DNA of 64,000 bases, from assembly GCF_006345805.1 (NCBI RefSeq), contig NC_043013.1:2046001-2110000 (forward strand), written 5' to 3'. The position numbers and the translations under genes are program-made. The DNA comes from Octopus sinensis (taxonomy: Eukaryota). The notes beneath the pieces are model-generated. The model was not told the origin of the DNA and made no database searches. It saw only the letters and a list, made by a program, of their open reading frames with translations. Position 1 is the stretch's first letter. Every line of letters starts with the position of its first letter. Below, piece by piece: positions 37,836 to 51,226 of the stretch.

Positions 37836-39670
37836 ATTATTAATTTTCACCCTATTTTGTTTCTTTCTTTTAAAATGTTATGCGATTGTCTAACAGTAGG
37901 TTTAGCAACTGTTAGAAGATGTCAAATGCTATTCCATCCCTGATACTGCAATATATCCATGGTCAGAACATTTACCCGCTTCCATGCCCATCTCCACTTA
38001 TATTTCAGCAGGAATATCTATTGGTTCAAACAATGTAAGCAGGAGATAATTTAAGTATTTCAATAGCTTGCAGTCCTGAATTGAAATCCTTGATGATTGT
38101 CTGTCACACAGAGGCAAACACTACCCTGCTGACTGTTGATGTCATCATCATCATCATCATCATTTGATGTCCATTTTTAATGCTGGCATAGGCTGGATGG
38201 TTTGACAAGGATCCAATGAGTCAAAGACTGCAAGGATCCAATTGAGTAAAAGACACCTCAGTGTCTGCTTAGGCATGGTTTCTACAGATGGATGCCCTTT
38301 CTAATGCCAATCACTTTACAGCATGTACTGAGTGGCTTTTACATGCCACTGGCATTGTATTTTAAGAGTAAGACTTTAAGCATTCAAATACAACACGACT
38401 GGAACTCATAGAACCAGATTTATAGTAGATCAGATATTTTGGTATTGATTATTTCTAATAAAAGCATAAGATCACAAAGTCATATTCGATACATTTCATA
38501 CACGTGGATATGGGAAGACCTTTCACTACAGAAATAGTCTTGGGAGAAAATTCTCTTCTTAGCTGACATGTGAAGACATCATTGGATCACAAAACGCATG
38601 TGTTTCTGTGTTGCTACGCATCATCAGCAACAAATATTAAATTTGCCTTTCACAGCTTGAGAGAACAATTTGTTGCTATAGTAGACAAGAAACAGTACAT
38701 TTGCCAATGTGTGTAAAGCTTGTTCAAGCCATTATTAAGTCACACAAAACAGCATTGAATAAAATATTCTTGTGTCAAATTGTATTTATCATGTTTGAGC
38801 ACACTCAGGCATAGGAAGAGCTTTTGCTGGAGGAATAGACAGGAGAAAATCCTGCTCCTAGACAACATGAATGGAAATACAAGAAGCTAGGAATAATAAG
38901 CATTGGATCATAGGACATGTGTTCCAGCCTCATTATGCATATTCAGCAACAAATACCAAATTTGCCTTTCACAGCCATGAAAGAACAATTTGTTCTTATG
39001 TTAGAACAGCAAATAATATATTTGCTAGAATTCTTATGCCAAACTATACTCAATGCATTAAATATGATTTTACGCATAAATATTTTATTCAATGCTGTAT
39101 TGTGCGACTTTAGTTAATAAGACTACAAATTTCAGGGATGTGAACAGTCGACTAAATTGACTTCCTACTTCCAATACTTGATTGGTATCTATTTTATAAA
39201 CTTTGAAAGGATAAACAATAAAACTGACTTCAGCAGGAATTGAACTCAAGAGCGACAAAATATAGACAATTTCTTCAAACTTAATATACATGTTACAGAC
39301 CTATTTCTTTGCTACCTACAAGGGGCTAAACACAGAGAGGACTAACAAGGACAGACAAAGGGATTAAGTCAATTATATCGACCTCAGTGTGTAACTGGTA
39401 CTTATTTAATCGACCTCGAAAGGATGAAAGGCAAAGTCGACCTCAGCGGAATTTGAACTCAGAAAGTAACGGCAGATGAGATAAGGCTATGTATTTCACC
39501 CAGCATGCTAACGTTTCTGCCAGCTTGCCGCCTTTGTTAAAGACCAATGTTTGTGATCTGAGTAACATGGAAAATAGAAGGCAGAAGCCCATATTGAAGT
39601 GTAAATCCTCTATAGAGCGATAGTATTCAGGAATTTATAACACTCAGACACTAAATCATCAGTAACAAAC

Positions 39671-40026
39671 CTGATTCCTATAATGGTTCCACTGAAGCCA
39701 CTTCTGAAAATATTCTGAAGATAGTTTTGGTGTTAGTCTTGACATGGTACTGATGAAATTGTAATGACTGATAGAAGAGCATTTAAGTGTTTGCAGACTT
39801 TCTACAGCCATGGTATAGTCTTTGCAGAGTCCTGGGTACAATATTTGGAATATATGGTTCTTAAGATCTTCAGTAAGCATATTTCTACAGGATCCATAGT
39901 TCACGATTGTAAAATGAAGTCCAGAATCCAGAGGTAGACTGATATCTGCAGAGGTTGATGTTATGCAAAATCTGAATTTGGAGCTTAGTGAGAAGCAGCC
40001 AGCATCCAAGAACTTTCCTTTCAAAA
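39671..40026 (-). CDS. Dynein heavy chain exon (AAA5)
   Basis: SSKFRFCITSTS...HFTIVNYGSCRNMLTEDL...YPGL; ctgcag / gtttgt; phase 1->0. Confidence 0.9.
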
Positions 40027-40196
40027 CTGCAGAGAAAAGAAAAGATATTTCAAAATGCATCAAAACATGTAATTAATGCTAAATATTACATATATATGTA
40101 TGTAAGGGTAATTTACCTGTTATTTCTGCTGTTCTAACAGCATTACTGCATTCCAAGCAATTTCATCTTCTTGTTTGTGTGTGTGTGTGTGTGTGT

Positions 40197-40765
40197 GTAC
40201 AGAGTGCGATGGGTAAATTGTCGCTATTTGATATTTTTAAATTGCACGAATGCACATTGTTTGTTTTTGATTTTGTTGACTATACAGTATGGTGGGGTCA
40301 GTTGGGCACTGTCTGTGAGAAAAACAGCACCATGACGCAATTCACTCTGCCAGAAATTTGGAAACGACATACTGTACTTCTTGGTATTTGCGCAGAAAGC
40401 TCCAATATGAACATTTCAGAGTGTTTGGGTGTCAATCTGAGGACAGTGCAGTCTGAGGATATGTGTACTGAAAGTGATATAAATCAAACATTCAGTCAAC
40501 ATCATGGTGTTTGGGGTGATCACTAGTGATGGCGACGTTATGCATCCATTCATCTTCCCACATGGCCTCAGACTCAACATGGAGACCTACATCAAGTGCC
40601 TGAAGGAGGTAGTGCTGCCCTGTGTGAAGAGGGTGGTTGCTGGAAGACCCTACGTCTGGCAACAGGACTCTGCACCATGCCACACAAGCAGGAGAACCCA
40701 GTCATGACCGTCAGACAAGTTATGCAACCACATCACCCCTAACATCTGGGCACCTAACTTTCCAA
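40197..40765 (+). mobile_element. Internally deleted Tc1/mariner (maT-like) element
   Basis: MVFGVITSDGDVMHPFIFP...YIKCLKEVVLP...YVWQQDSAPCH catalytic-domain fragment. Confidence 0.75.
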
Positions 40766-41180
40766 ACAAAACACTATCATTCTGAGAGAAGGGACAATAT
40801 TAATATATTGGTGTGCATGTGTGTCTGCATGTGTGTGGGTATGTATACAGGTATGTATGTATGTGTGCATGTATGTAGGTGTATGGTAGTATGTGACTGA
40901 GTATGCAATCCTCTTGTATTCATGTGGGCACTGATTGTAAGCACTGAGTCACCATTCATGCAAATGATGCCATTTGCTTACTATCTCCTGTGTAAAGCAT
41001 GTCTGAGCCGTTCATTGATTGTCTTAGAGAAATATTACCATGCTAGGAGATAGGGGAAGGTTGTTAACTGGAAGAGCATCCTGGCAAAGAAAATTTTGTC
41101 TTAATGCTGTCTCATCTGACCCATTTATTCATAGAAACGTAAACTTTACAATAATGATGATACACACACACACACACACA

Positions 41181-41211
<31 letters not shown>

Positions 41212-41479
41212 AGTTTAACTGATCACGATTGCTTTTGGTCTTCTGTTTACTCGGCCATTCAAACTTGTTGATAATAACAATTAGGATCCACAAAAAATTG
41301 CCGTGTGCTCTGATATTAATGGGTTGAGATGAATATTTATCTCTCCCTGTTTACTAACCAACCAACCAATCAACAAGGCAGGTAGGTAGGCAGGCAATCA
41401 GGCAGGTTGGGCATGGAAGGATTCTGATTCACTTAAATAAGTAAACCCAAAATAACTAAACAATAACAGCAAAACTTAC

Positions 41480-41625
41480 CAAAATCACTATCAGACATGT
41501 TCTGAAGAGAAAGGATGCATTCAATTGTATCATTAAGTTGAAGTTGGTCTGAATAATTGTAAAGCAGCGAACTTTTACCAATTTCCATGTTCCTCAAGAA
41601 ATGCTCACGGAGCTCATCATCCCAA
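41480..41625 (-). CDS. Dynein heavy chain exon (AAA5)
   Basis: WDDELREHFLRNMEIGKSSLLYN...; ttttcag / gtaagt; phase 2->1. Confidence 0.85.
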
Positions 41626-41699
41626 CTGAAAATGGATAAAGGATTGAAGGTTTCTGGAATATTCTGTCATTATTTATACCCAGCCATGCAAGCATATTA

Positions 41700-41945
41700 A
41701 AAGAGCTGGAATAATTGGATGATGCCGGATGCACGTGTGGCTATGTGGATAAGATTACATTACTCTACTCGCAATCTACTCGCAATACCAGAGGGCACAC
41801 ACTCTCCTACCCTGATGTAATCTCCAGGGATACAGGCATCCAGCAACAGGACCTCCGTAATGCCATGATGGACCGAGAAGTCTGGCGTAGCATGGTAAAT
41901 TCCATTGTCTCGACCATGGTCGAACAATGATGATGATGATGAAGA
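41700..41945 (+). mobile_element. 3' fragment of a second RTE-type LINE
   Basis: TLSYPDVISRDTGIQQQDLRNAMMDREVWR followed by (GAT)n. Confidence 0.65.
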
Positions 41946-42692
41946 TTACATTAACCCCCCCCCCCCAACCACCAACATATTCGAGCCCAAAAGGTTGAAA
42001 GACAGTGTAAACCCTGAAAGGAGGAAAAGCAAAGTAATTTTGCCTGGTTTGCTAACAGTTCTTCCAGCTCGCTGCCTGAAGATTATGAATTAATATGTGA
42101 CAATAATGGGTGAAGAAATAGTTTGGGTTTCAAGTTTTGGTACAAGGTCAACAATTTCGAGAGAGGGGGTAAATTCATTACATTGATCCCAGGGCTCAAC
42201 TGGTCCTTATTTTATCAGCCCCAAAAGGATCAAAAGCAAAGTTGAACTTGACAGAATTTGAACTCAGAATTTAAAAGACAGGTGAACTGCTACTAAGCAG
42301 CTTACCTGATGTACAGACTATTCTTCCAAGTCACTGCCTTGCCCTAAATTAGAAACACTGCAAGTCATGTAATTTGATGCCATATTCTTCCTGTATTGCT
42401 TTTCATATTATCCACTCAGTGGAGATGTTGAACAAGCACAATGAAAGAATACAACCTTGATGAACTCCTTTCTCCTTTTTGAACTGTTCAATACCCACAT
42501 TATTTGCTTAAATGCAGGACTCTTGCTGAATGTAAAGCTACTTGATGAACTGAATGAGGTGTTTTGGAAGGCTAAGATTAGACATGATGTACCACATGTG
42601 GCTACAGTTTGCTCAATGAAAGGGCTTCCTGTAGTCAATGTAGCAAAGGAAAGTTGCATGCTTGTCTTCTCTTTTTTTTATTATTATGTATA

Positions 42693-43097
42693 GGTGTAGG
42701 AGTGGTTGTGTGGTAAGTAGCTTGCTGACGAACCACATGGTTCCGGGTTCAGTCCCACTGTGTGGCGCCTTGGGCAAGTGTCTTCTACTAAAGCCTCAGG
42801 CCAACCAAAGCCTTGTGAATGGATTTGGTAGATGGAAACTGAAAGAAGCCCATCACATATATGTATATGTATATATATATATGTGTGTGTGTGCGCGTAT
42901 GTTTATGTGTCTGTGTTTGTCCTCCCAAAATCGCTTGACAACCAATGCTGGTGTGTTTATGTCCCCATAACTTAGTGGTTTGGACTCTGACAGAATAAGT
43001 ACTAGGCTAACAAAGAATAAGTCTTGGGGTTCATTTGCTCGACTAAAGGGGGTGCTCCAGCATGGCCACACTCAAATGACTGAAACAAGTAAAAGGG
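42693..43097 (+). mobile_element. SINE family A copy
   Basis: Aligns with 47321-47716. Confidence 0.85.
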
Positions 43098-43965
43098 TAA
43101 TAAAGTATCAAAGTCATTACCATCTTAAGAAGTGGGTATTACATATTTTAAGTCTTGAGTGTTAATATAAAGGGCAGCATGGACCCTTAAATGTAAGTGG
43201 AGATAGCTATGGCTAGGAACATCACTGCTACAGCTCCATTCAAGCAGAGCTGATTATGGACACTCAACAACAAACTACCATCACCATAGCTGCAGCTGCA
43301 CCACCACCACTGCCTCAGCTACTGCCACCACCACCACCACCATCAACATTATCATCATCCCCACCATTATCATCATAATTACCATCATCTTGTTAATTCA
43401 TTAGTCACAAAAATTTGTGGCTATAATGAAAATATTTAATTAATGCTAAATTAAAACTAATTCTTCCCTCCTCAAAGAAATTTTAATTAAATAACATCAT
43501 CAATACTGTGGCACTATTTCCTTGAGAAGGAGCTTCTATGTGACTTTGTGCCTTACTAGAAATAACAGCAAATTTCTCTAAAACCATACCCTATTACCTT
43601 TAAAAATGCCACATTGGATAATTTAGTCTTGTATGCTATGGCGAAACAAAGATGGAGATGGTTTTGGTTTGAACATCTTTGATTCAAAATTAGCTAGATC
43701 CAAGTGAGCTTACAGGGAAACAATAACTATTGCCCTTACAGGCATTCTTCAATGCAGTTTCACCTTTCAAGTTGGACATTATTCCCTAAATATTAAAATT
43801 CCTGAAAACATGTTCAAGAAAATAGAAGGTGGGCCAAAAGTCACATATAATATAAGTTCAATATGCTTCAGGATTGTCAAAGACATGCTTCAATTTTTCT
43901 AAAATTGGATAAAATAAATAAAATAATGATGGATACATATGTACTTGTCCATAATGAACAAAATC

Positions 43966-44069
<104 letters not shown>

Positions 44070-44276
44070 TAATAATAATAATTTCTATTAAAGGCACAAG
44101 GTCTGAAATTTGTAGGGATGGGCTAAATCAATTACATTGACCCCAGTGTTTAACTGGTACTTATTTTATCAACCCCGAAAGGATGAAAGGCAAAGTCAAC
44201 CATGGCGGAATTTGAACTCAGAACGTAAAGATGGGCATTTTTCCCAGTATGCAAATGATTCTGCCAGCTCACCACC

Positions 44277-44331
<55 letters not shown>

Positions 44332-44463
44332 CAACATAAACAAAATGTCAAATGTCTGGTGTGTGACTTTTGGCTCACCTTGTATATTTTTCACCTATAA
44401 ACAGGTAAAACCTAATTAGAAGTCTTGTTATGTTACTAAATTGGAAAATTTCCATCCACTTAC

Positions 44464-44571
44464 ATTTGATTGAACTCCCTCTTATCAATATTGGTTTTGT
44501 TCTTCTATTTAGTGTAATTCTCCAACTGTTGTTGACCATAGCAATCGTGGTCCAACAATTTTTGATGACCA
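44464..44571 (-). pseudogene. Decayed duplicate of dynein exon 45291-45450 (pseudo-exon)
   Basis: KLLDHDCYGQQQLENYTK*KNKTNIDKREFNQ versus FLVDPHCFGQQQFEWQNKQKNRTNIDKIDLNE; retains the phase-2 gtaagt donor. Confidence 0.8.
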
Positions 44572-45290
44572 TCACATTAAATATGTGGGTAACATCTCTG
44601 AATAATTAACTTCAGTGATTTTGATTTTCTTACATTCAACCTTTTGCTTGTCCTGTATATTACAGGTGATACACAGGACATATTTCTCCAGTCTCTGTGC
44701 ATCATATACGATACACACACCCAATTTCTTTCAACCACCAGAGTAACTTGGGGCTTATGAAAAGAAAGCTTTATATTACTCAGAACGCATGAAACCAGAG
44801 CCTAACTGAAAACAAGCATGGATGGTTAGGACAAACTTATGAAAATGCTTTGGTCAGGCAAAGGGTCAATATGCTAATTTTTCATATTTGCTTGTATACA
44901 ATATTATACTCAGTGATTATTTCATTACTACTTCAACTAATTCAGTTTGTTTTGGGAATTTTATGTTTTCTTCAAGAGATTTAATATGACTTTTACATTT
45001 GGTATTGAGCTAATGTTATGATTTCTTCAAGGCATAATTATGTCTAATTAGATATTTTAATGCTGACTAAATACATTTTACAATGTGTAGCACAGTTTTA
45101 GAATAAGTCCATGGTAATCTTGCATGTCCAAAGAGGTGACTAAAAAGATAATGATAGTAAAGTCATTCAGCTGTCAAATTGCTTCACAAAACTTGTTCCA
45201 CTTTTGCCAACATGTAAAAGCAGATAGAAATATGTTTACAATAACTCCATCAGGAATAAACTGATAGCTTTCGACCACAGCAGTACTTAC

Positions 45291-45450
45291 TTTTCATTTA
45301 AGTCTATCTTGTCAATATTGGTTCTGTTCTTCTGTTTATTCTGCCACTCAAACTGTTGTTGACCAAAACAATGAGGGTCCACCAGAAACAGATAGTTGTT
45401 CTGGCATGACCACAGAATAGCTGCATTCTCTAAATTGTGAACAGTCAAAT
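45291..45450 (-). CDS. Dynein heavy chain exon (AAA5 start)
   Basis: LTVHNLENAAILW...LFLVDPHCFG (ENA.I...PLLIDP-like); ttttag / gtaagt; phase 1->2. Confidence 0.88.
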
Positions 45451-46539
45451 CTAAAATGAGAAATAATAGTTAGAGAATATTGATTGATTTATTGAAAAGG
45501 AAAGAAAAACAAATATTCCATGAGTTTCTTCTGGGCTGGAATGATTTTCCAGGTTTAAAAAATGCCTAATTTTCTAAAACATTTAATCTTCATGTCATGT
45601 CATGCTGATCATTTCTAAAAAGAATGAAATAGTGCTATACATGATTACCACAGACTAGAAAATTCAAGAAATAATAAATAAAACAAATTAGATATGTATA
45701 TTCTATGCATCATCTTCTTTATTCCTTAATTTCAAATTCAAATTTTTAATCCTACCAAATATTATGAAGGAATGATTATCACCCTTCTACTATCTGCTAG
45801 GTGATTCCATGTACCGAAACAGAGAAACACAAATAATAAGGTAATATATATAACATATATAATAAGAATTTCTAACATTCTTATTGATGCATGTCCAGAG
45901 ATTAAAGGGGCACGGTAAATGGATGTTGGGATGTTTATTCCTTTTTAAATAATTAATAGTAGAGGAAATAAAATAGCCCTTTTGACAACTGCTGACATCT
46001 ACTCTGTACAACAAATAAGGATTTATCATCAAAATTTTTAACCTGGTGCCTATTCTCAACAAAAAGCAACAAACTACAGGTCTGTTTTTTTTTTATATCT
46101 GAAGCTACCTCGTATCCTTCTTTACAATTTCTGTGATTGAAAAGATTGAAAAAAGAATCAATACTTGGTGCAGAACAATGGTTCTCAGCAGGGATCCACA
46201 TGACCCTTAGGGGTCTTCCTAAAGTTTTGCTGTGAACATTTATGCACAATAAATTGGTTGTACTTATACAATTCACAAAATATTTTAACAATTTTGTGTT
46301 ATAAAATTCCTAATAATATTTAATTATAAAAATATAATGGAGCTTTTAAAATATTGAATGTTGGGAGTGTCTGGTAGAGTAAAATAAGAATCAAAGGGGT
46401 CCATAGACAAAGGGGGCCATAGCTGATGTTCACTGCTGTTATTTTATGTTTCTTCTAATAAATCAACATGGTGTGTGATTAATTGCAGCAGTGAAGCTTA
46501 AAGAAATGGCATAAAGCATTTGCCACACACACACACACA

Positions 46540-46572
<33 letters not shown>

Positions 46573-47264
46573 GTCTTTCTCTTTTCTTGCCTCTGATTCT
46601 TTGGTCTCCTCTTCCCCCACTCTCTCACATTTCTCTGTCTTTCTCACTTTGCACCTCACTGGCACGCCCTCTTTCTTCTCCCCTCTTTAATTCCTTCTTC
46701 CTCTCTCTTCTCTCCCCCTTTGGTGCCTTTGTTCCTCTTTTTCTCTCTCGCTTTGATTCCTTTGCCCCCCTTTTTTTCTCTCTCTTCTCCTCTCACATGA
46801 CCGCTGGTCAACTAGCCTTTCGGCTTCTGACTACCGCCACGACAACATCGATTTCTTTGTCTGCTGTAAAGGCATTTTTTTCCAAATACGCCAGCTATGC
46901 TAAGTTGAACTGTCTAAAGTCGAAAGACACCTGTTGCTTTTGTCCTGTTATTATTATTATTATTATTATTGTTTTTTGTATTTATATTCGTTGGCATCGT
47001 CTGTTTTTCTGTCATTGTTTCGCATACATTCGATCCTTTTTCCAAGAAATCTAATGCGCGTAGCTTAGTTTTTCCTTGGGGCTGGCCGGATCGGAGCGAT
47101 CTCAAGATTAATCAGCCAAAATTGCGAGGATGATCCGGTTCTTGACTGAAGATTGAAGGCTTCGAATGTCCCGTCCGTGTTTTTTGTGTCGTCTCTTTGA
47201 GTGTTTTGCATTCTTGTCCCATTTTGTATTTTTATATATATTTTTTATACATATATATATATAT

Positions 47265-47301
<37 letters not shown>

Positions 47302-47320
47302 TTTTATACATATATATATA

Positions 47321-47716
47321 GGCACAGGAGTGGCTGTGTGGTAAGTAGCTTGCCTACCAACCACATGGTTCTGGGTTCAGTCCCACTGCATGGCACCTTG
47401 GGCAAGTGTCTTCTACTATAGCCTCGGGCCGACCAAAGCCTTGTGAGTGGATTTGGTAGACGGAAACTGAAAGAAGCCCGTCGTATATATGTATATATAT
47501 GTGTGTGCGTGTATGTTTGTGTGTCTGTGTCTGCCCCCTAGCATTGCTTGACAACCGATGCTGGTGTGTTTATGTCCCCGTCACTTAGCGGTTCAGCAAA
47601 AAGAGACCGATAGAATAAGTACTGGGCTTACAAAGAATAAGTCCGGGGTCGAGTTGCTGACTAAAGGCGGTGCTCCAGCATGGCCGTAGTCAAATAACTG
47701 AAACAAGTAAAGAGAG
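47321..47716 (+). mobile_element. SINE family A, near full length (tRNA-derived head)
   Basis: A-box-like ggctgtgtggtaag and B-box-like gggttcagtccc; further copies at 59003-59372, 60535-60918 and 34830-35535 (minus strand). Confidence 0.88.
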
Positions 47717-49034
47717 TATATATATATGTATGTATGTATTTGTATCTGAGGAACTAGCTGTTTTTTCAGTCATGCTGTATTCAAGTGTGTTCAAGTTTAA
47801 ACATATTTTATAAATGGTTTTATATTTCCTCATTAGTCCTAGAATTCACATATAACATTTCCGGACCTTCATCCTTCATCACTCGGATGAAGTGGTTGGT
47901 AAAATAGCAGAAGCTTGTTCAAGAGACTGCACCATGGGCTTGAACTCAAAACCACTCTGCAGCATCTTAATTACACAGACATGAATGTTGCCACAATAAA
48001 TATGAGCATCAAGCTGATTAACAGGATTGAAAGCACACACCTTTTGCTTACCTGTCGGCCACGTTACACTAGAAATCACCTGACAGTTCAAATAATTATA
48101 ATCTTACCAAATAATAACTCTTTTCAGAGTTTAAGACATTTATAAGAATTCTTCAGACTAGATTAGAATTTGAAAGCACAAAGTAGACTGGATAAAGATA
48201 TAAATAAGAAACTGAATGAAAGAAGAAAGACGAAGTGAAGAAGTGAATGGAACAAAGAATACATTCACAAGACCACCTTTAGAAATGTCTAAGAGCACTT
48301 TAGAATCAACATTACCAAAGTTGCTTATTAAATGGTGCTAAACTGAGAAAAATACAGAATGTAAAATGTAGTGAGAATCTGTGTGTTTCAGTACATATTC
48401 ATGGGTGTGCTTATGTATGTAGATGTATGTGTAAGAGGTTGTATGAATGTGTGTGTGTGTGATTGGGTGAGAGAGTGGGGAGGAAATGTGTGTGAGAAAC
48501 TGTTTGTGGGTGTAAGTGTATGTATATGAAAGTATATGTGTGTGTGTGTGCATGCATGTTTGCAGGTGTGTGGCTGTGTAGTAGGCTATGTGTGTGCATG
48601 TGTTTGGAATAGCATGTACGTAATGTAAAGATGAGCAGCTATGCTTGTGTGTGAAAGTGTGTGTATATACATATGTATAAGTACGCATATATATGCTTAT
48701 GTGCATTTGTGCTTGTAGATGCTCGCATGTGTGTGTCTCTGTCTATGTACTTCTGCGTGTGAATCTAAGAATGTATGTGTGTGCACATGAGTATATCTGT
48801 ATGCAAATATGTGTGTGTTTGTACAAGTGTATCTGTACATTTCTGTTAATGTATGCATATGTGGAATGCATCATATATATGTGTATATGTGTGTTTGCAT
48901 GTGTGCATGTGTATGTGTGTGCGTGCATATGTTTGTGTGTGTGTGTGTAAATATATATATGTAAGTATGTGTACATATGTTGAAATGCGTGTTTAATAAT
49001 ATATATACCAAAATGAAGAGAAATTTAATCTTAC

Positions 49035-49211
49035 CCATCTTAAGCCATTCGTTAAGTTGCTGTTCTCCTGCTAGAACCTTAATCAAAGAATATAAATAAG
49101 GTTGGTAACCAGTCAGGCTACATGAAGATGGCCAGAGTTTCAAATCTTGAACTGGGCTGCATTGTTGTTGGAGTGATAGAAACATTGCCATGTCTGTGGC
49201 AATGTCATTCT
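49035..49211 (-). CDS. Dynein heavy chain exon
   Basis: ENDIATDMAMFL...LIKVLAGEQQLNEWLKM; tttcag / gtaaga; phase 1->1. Confidence 0.85.
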
Positions 49212-49780
49212 CTGAAATATTCCATAGAATATAACAAAAAACTTATATCAAAACCTGCAATAACTAGTAAAAATATTTATTGCAGATTAGCTATTATGGA
49301 GCTGTGGATCTCAAAGTTGAAAAAGTTGAAGGCTGTCTCAGGAACTGAAAACCCACATCACAATTAACCACGACAGGTGTTCTACCATTGCACCAAAACA
49401 ATCTTTGATTTATTGATTCAACTTTGATTTTTGAAACTTTATACTTACCAGCGAGAACTGTATGTCAATGACATCATAAGAGTTTATACACTTGGGGAGA
49501 ACAAGAACTAATTCTTGTTTGGAATGGTGGATAAAGCATAAATAATAGCATGTAAAAACGGAGTTAAAAAACCTACTGGAGACAAAAGCTCAAAGACTGC
49601 TGGTCTAATGGTAGAATGGCTGTTATGTTTACAGGAGATGTGGCTTCAAGTCTCAATGGCAGCCTCTGACTTTTTCTAGACAGTGTTTTTTTTAACCCAA
49701 TATCTACAAGTTGTCATTTATAGCCTTATCTGCTTTGAGATCCACTGTTCCACAAAAAGATATATATATACAAACACAAT

Positions 49781-49814
<34 letters not shown>

Positions 49815-49819
49815 TAGAG

Positions 49820-49870
<51 letters not shown>

Positions 49871-49871
49871 G

Positions 49872-49903
<32 letters not shown>

Positions 49904-50018
49904 GTGTTGTGGGGGAGAAGGAGAGAGAGAAATAATAAAACAAGTAAAAATATGCATAAAGAATCATAGAAAATACCTAATTGTCCAAATTCTTGCTTTT
50001 GTTTATTTTGCATATCAC

Positions 50019-50253
50019 CTGTCTGTTGTAATTGATGTTGATGATGCTGTGACTGCTGGTTCATATCCACATATATATTTCTCATTTTATTACCAAACAC
50101 TTCTGATGGAATTGATTTTTCATTAGGAACATCAGGTTCTGATAATGTCACAGTTTCTTCATTTATTCTCCTGGAATTACTATTCTCATCACTAAATTTT
50201 TCCTCTTGATCTTCCTCTTCTATCTCATCCTCCTCCTCTTCTGGAATGGTGTA
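50019..50253 (-). CDS. Dynein heavy chain exon, acidic low-complexity insert (alternative same-phase donor would end it at 50094)
   Basis: YTIPEEEEDEIEEEDQEEKFSDE...; ctttag acceptor; phase 0->1. Confidence 0.7.
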
Positions 50254-51125
50254 CTAAAGTAATAAAAGTTGGCTGAATTTTATACAAATATTAGTTAATA
50301 TATTGTTATATTAACTGTTTGTAGGTTAGCAAGTACCTACAAACAAACAATAGTTTCAAATATGGTGCTGGTGAATAGCAGTTATTTTTCTAAAGTTTCT
50401 AAAGTTTCATTGCACCTAGCCCTGAAGAATATCATGTTAAAATACATCATCATCATTATCATCATTCAATATCTGTCTTCCATGCCGGCATGGGTTGGAT
50501 GGTTTGACAGGAGCTGGCAAGCCAGAAGATTGCATGTGGCTTCACTGTCTGTTTTGGCATGGCTTTTATGGCTGAATGACCTTCCTAACACTAACCACTT
50601 TATAGAGTGGACAACATGTTTATAAAAGGATTCTTCCCAGATGAAAACCACAGCTTCTTGTGTTTCAAATCATCAGCATCATCATCATCGTTTAACGTCT
50701 GCTTTCCATGCTGGCATGGGTTGGATGATTTGACTGAGGACTGGTGAACCAGATGGCTGCACCAGGCTCCAATCTCATCTGGCAGAGTTTCTACAGCTGG
50801 ATGCCCTTCCTAATGCCAACCACTCTGAGAGTGTAGTGGGTGCACTTTTCATGCCACCGGCACGAGAGCCAGTCAGGCGGTACTGGCAACAGCCACGCTC
50901 AAATGGTGTTTTTTACGTGCCACCTGCACAGGAGCCAGTCCAGTGGCACTGGCAACGACCTCACTCAAATATAATTACTAAGTATGTTGTATAGATTGAT
51001 TTTTTTTACTAAAGGCTTACTTCCATTGTATAATTCAGATTCAAGCAATATAACTTTATTTTGTGCATATGAATGTGTGTATAAATGTGTGTATACATAT
51101 GAATGTATAATTGCTACAGACTTAC

Positions 51126-51226
51126 AGGTATTGTGCCAACTGGAATTTCATGCTTCAATTTCATTTCATTTTTCTCATCATATGTTTGACTATTTCCAGA
51201 CTCAACTGACCATTCAACGGTGTAGC
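51126..51226 (-). CDS. Dynein heavy chain exon (insert region)
   Basis: GYTVEWSVESGNSQ...PVGTIP; aaacag / gtaagt; phase 1->0 bridges the neighbouring exons. Confidence 0.7.

Noticed and set aside
38596-38627. Minus-strand ctgatga...gaaac hammerhead-like spacing
   Set aside because: No pairable stem I and a poor stem II; lies inside the old 300-bp repeat
42408-42659. Exon-like ORF (GSPFIEQ...KEFIK) with AG/GT ends
   Set aside because: Phase 1->0 does not fit between 45291 (phase 2) and 41625, and there is no dynein similarity
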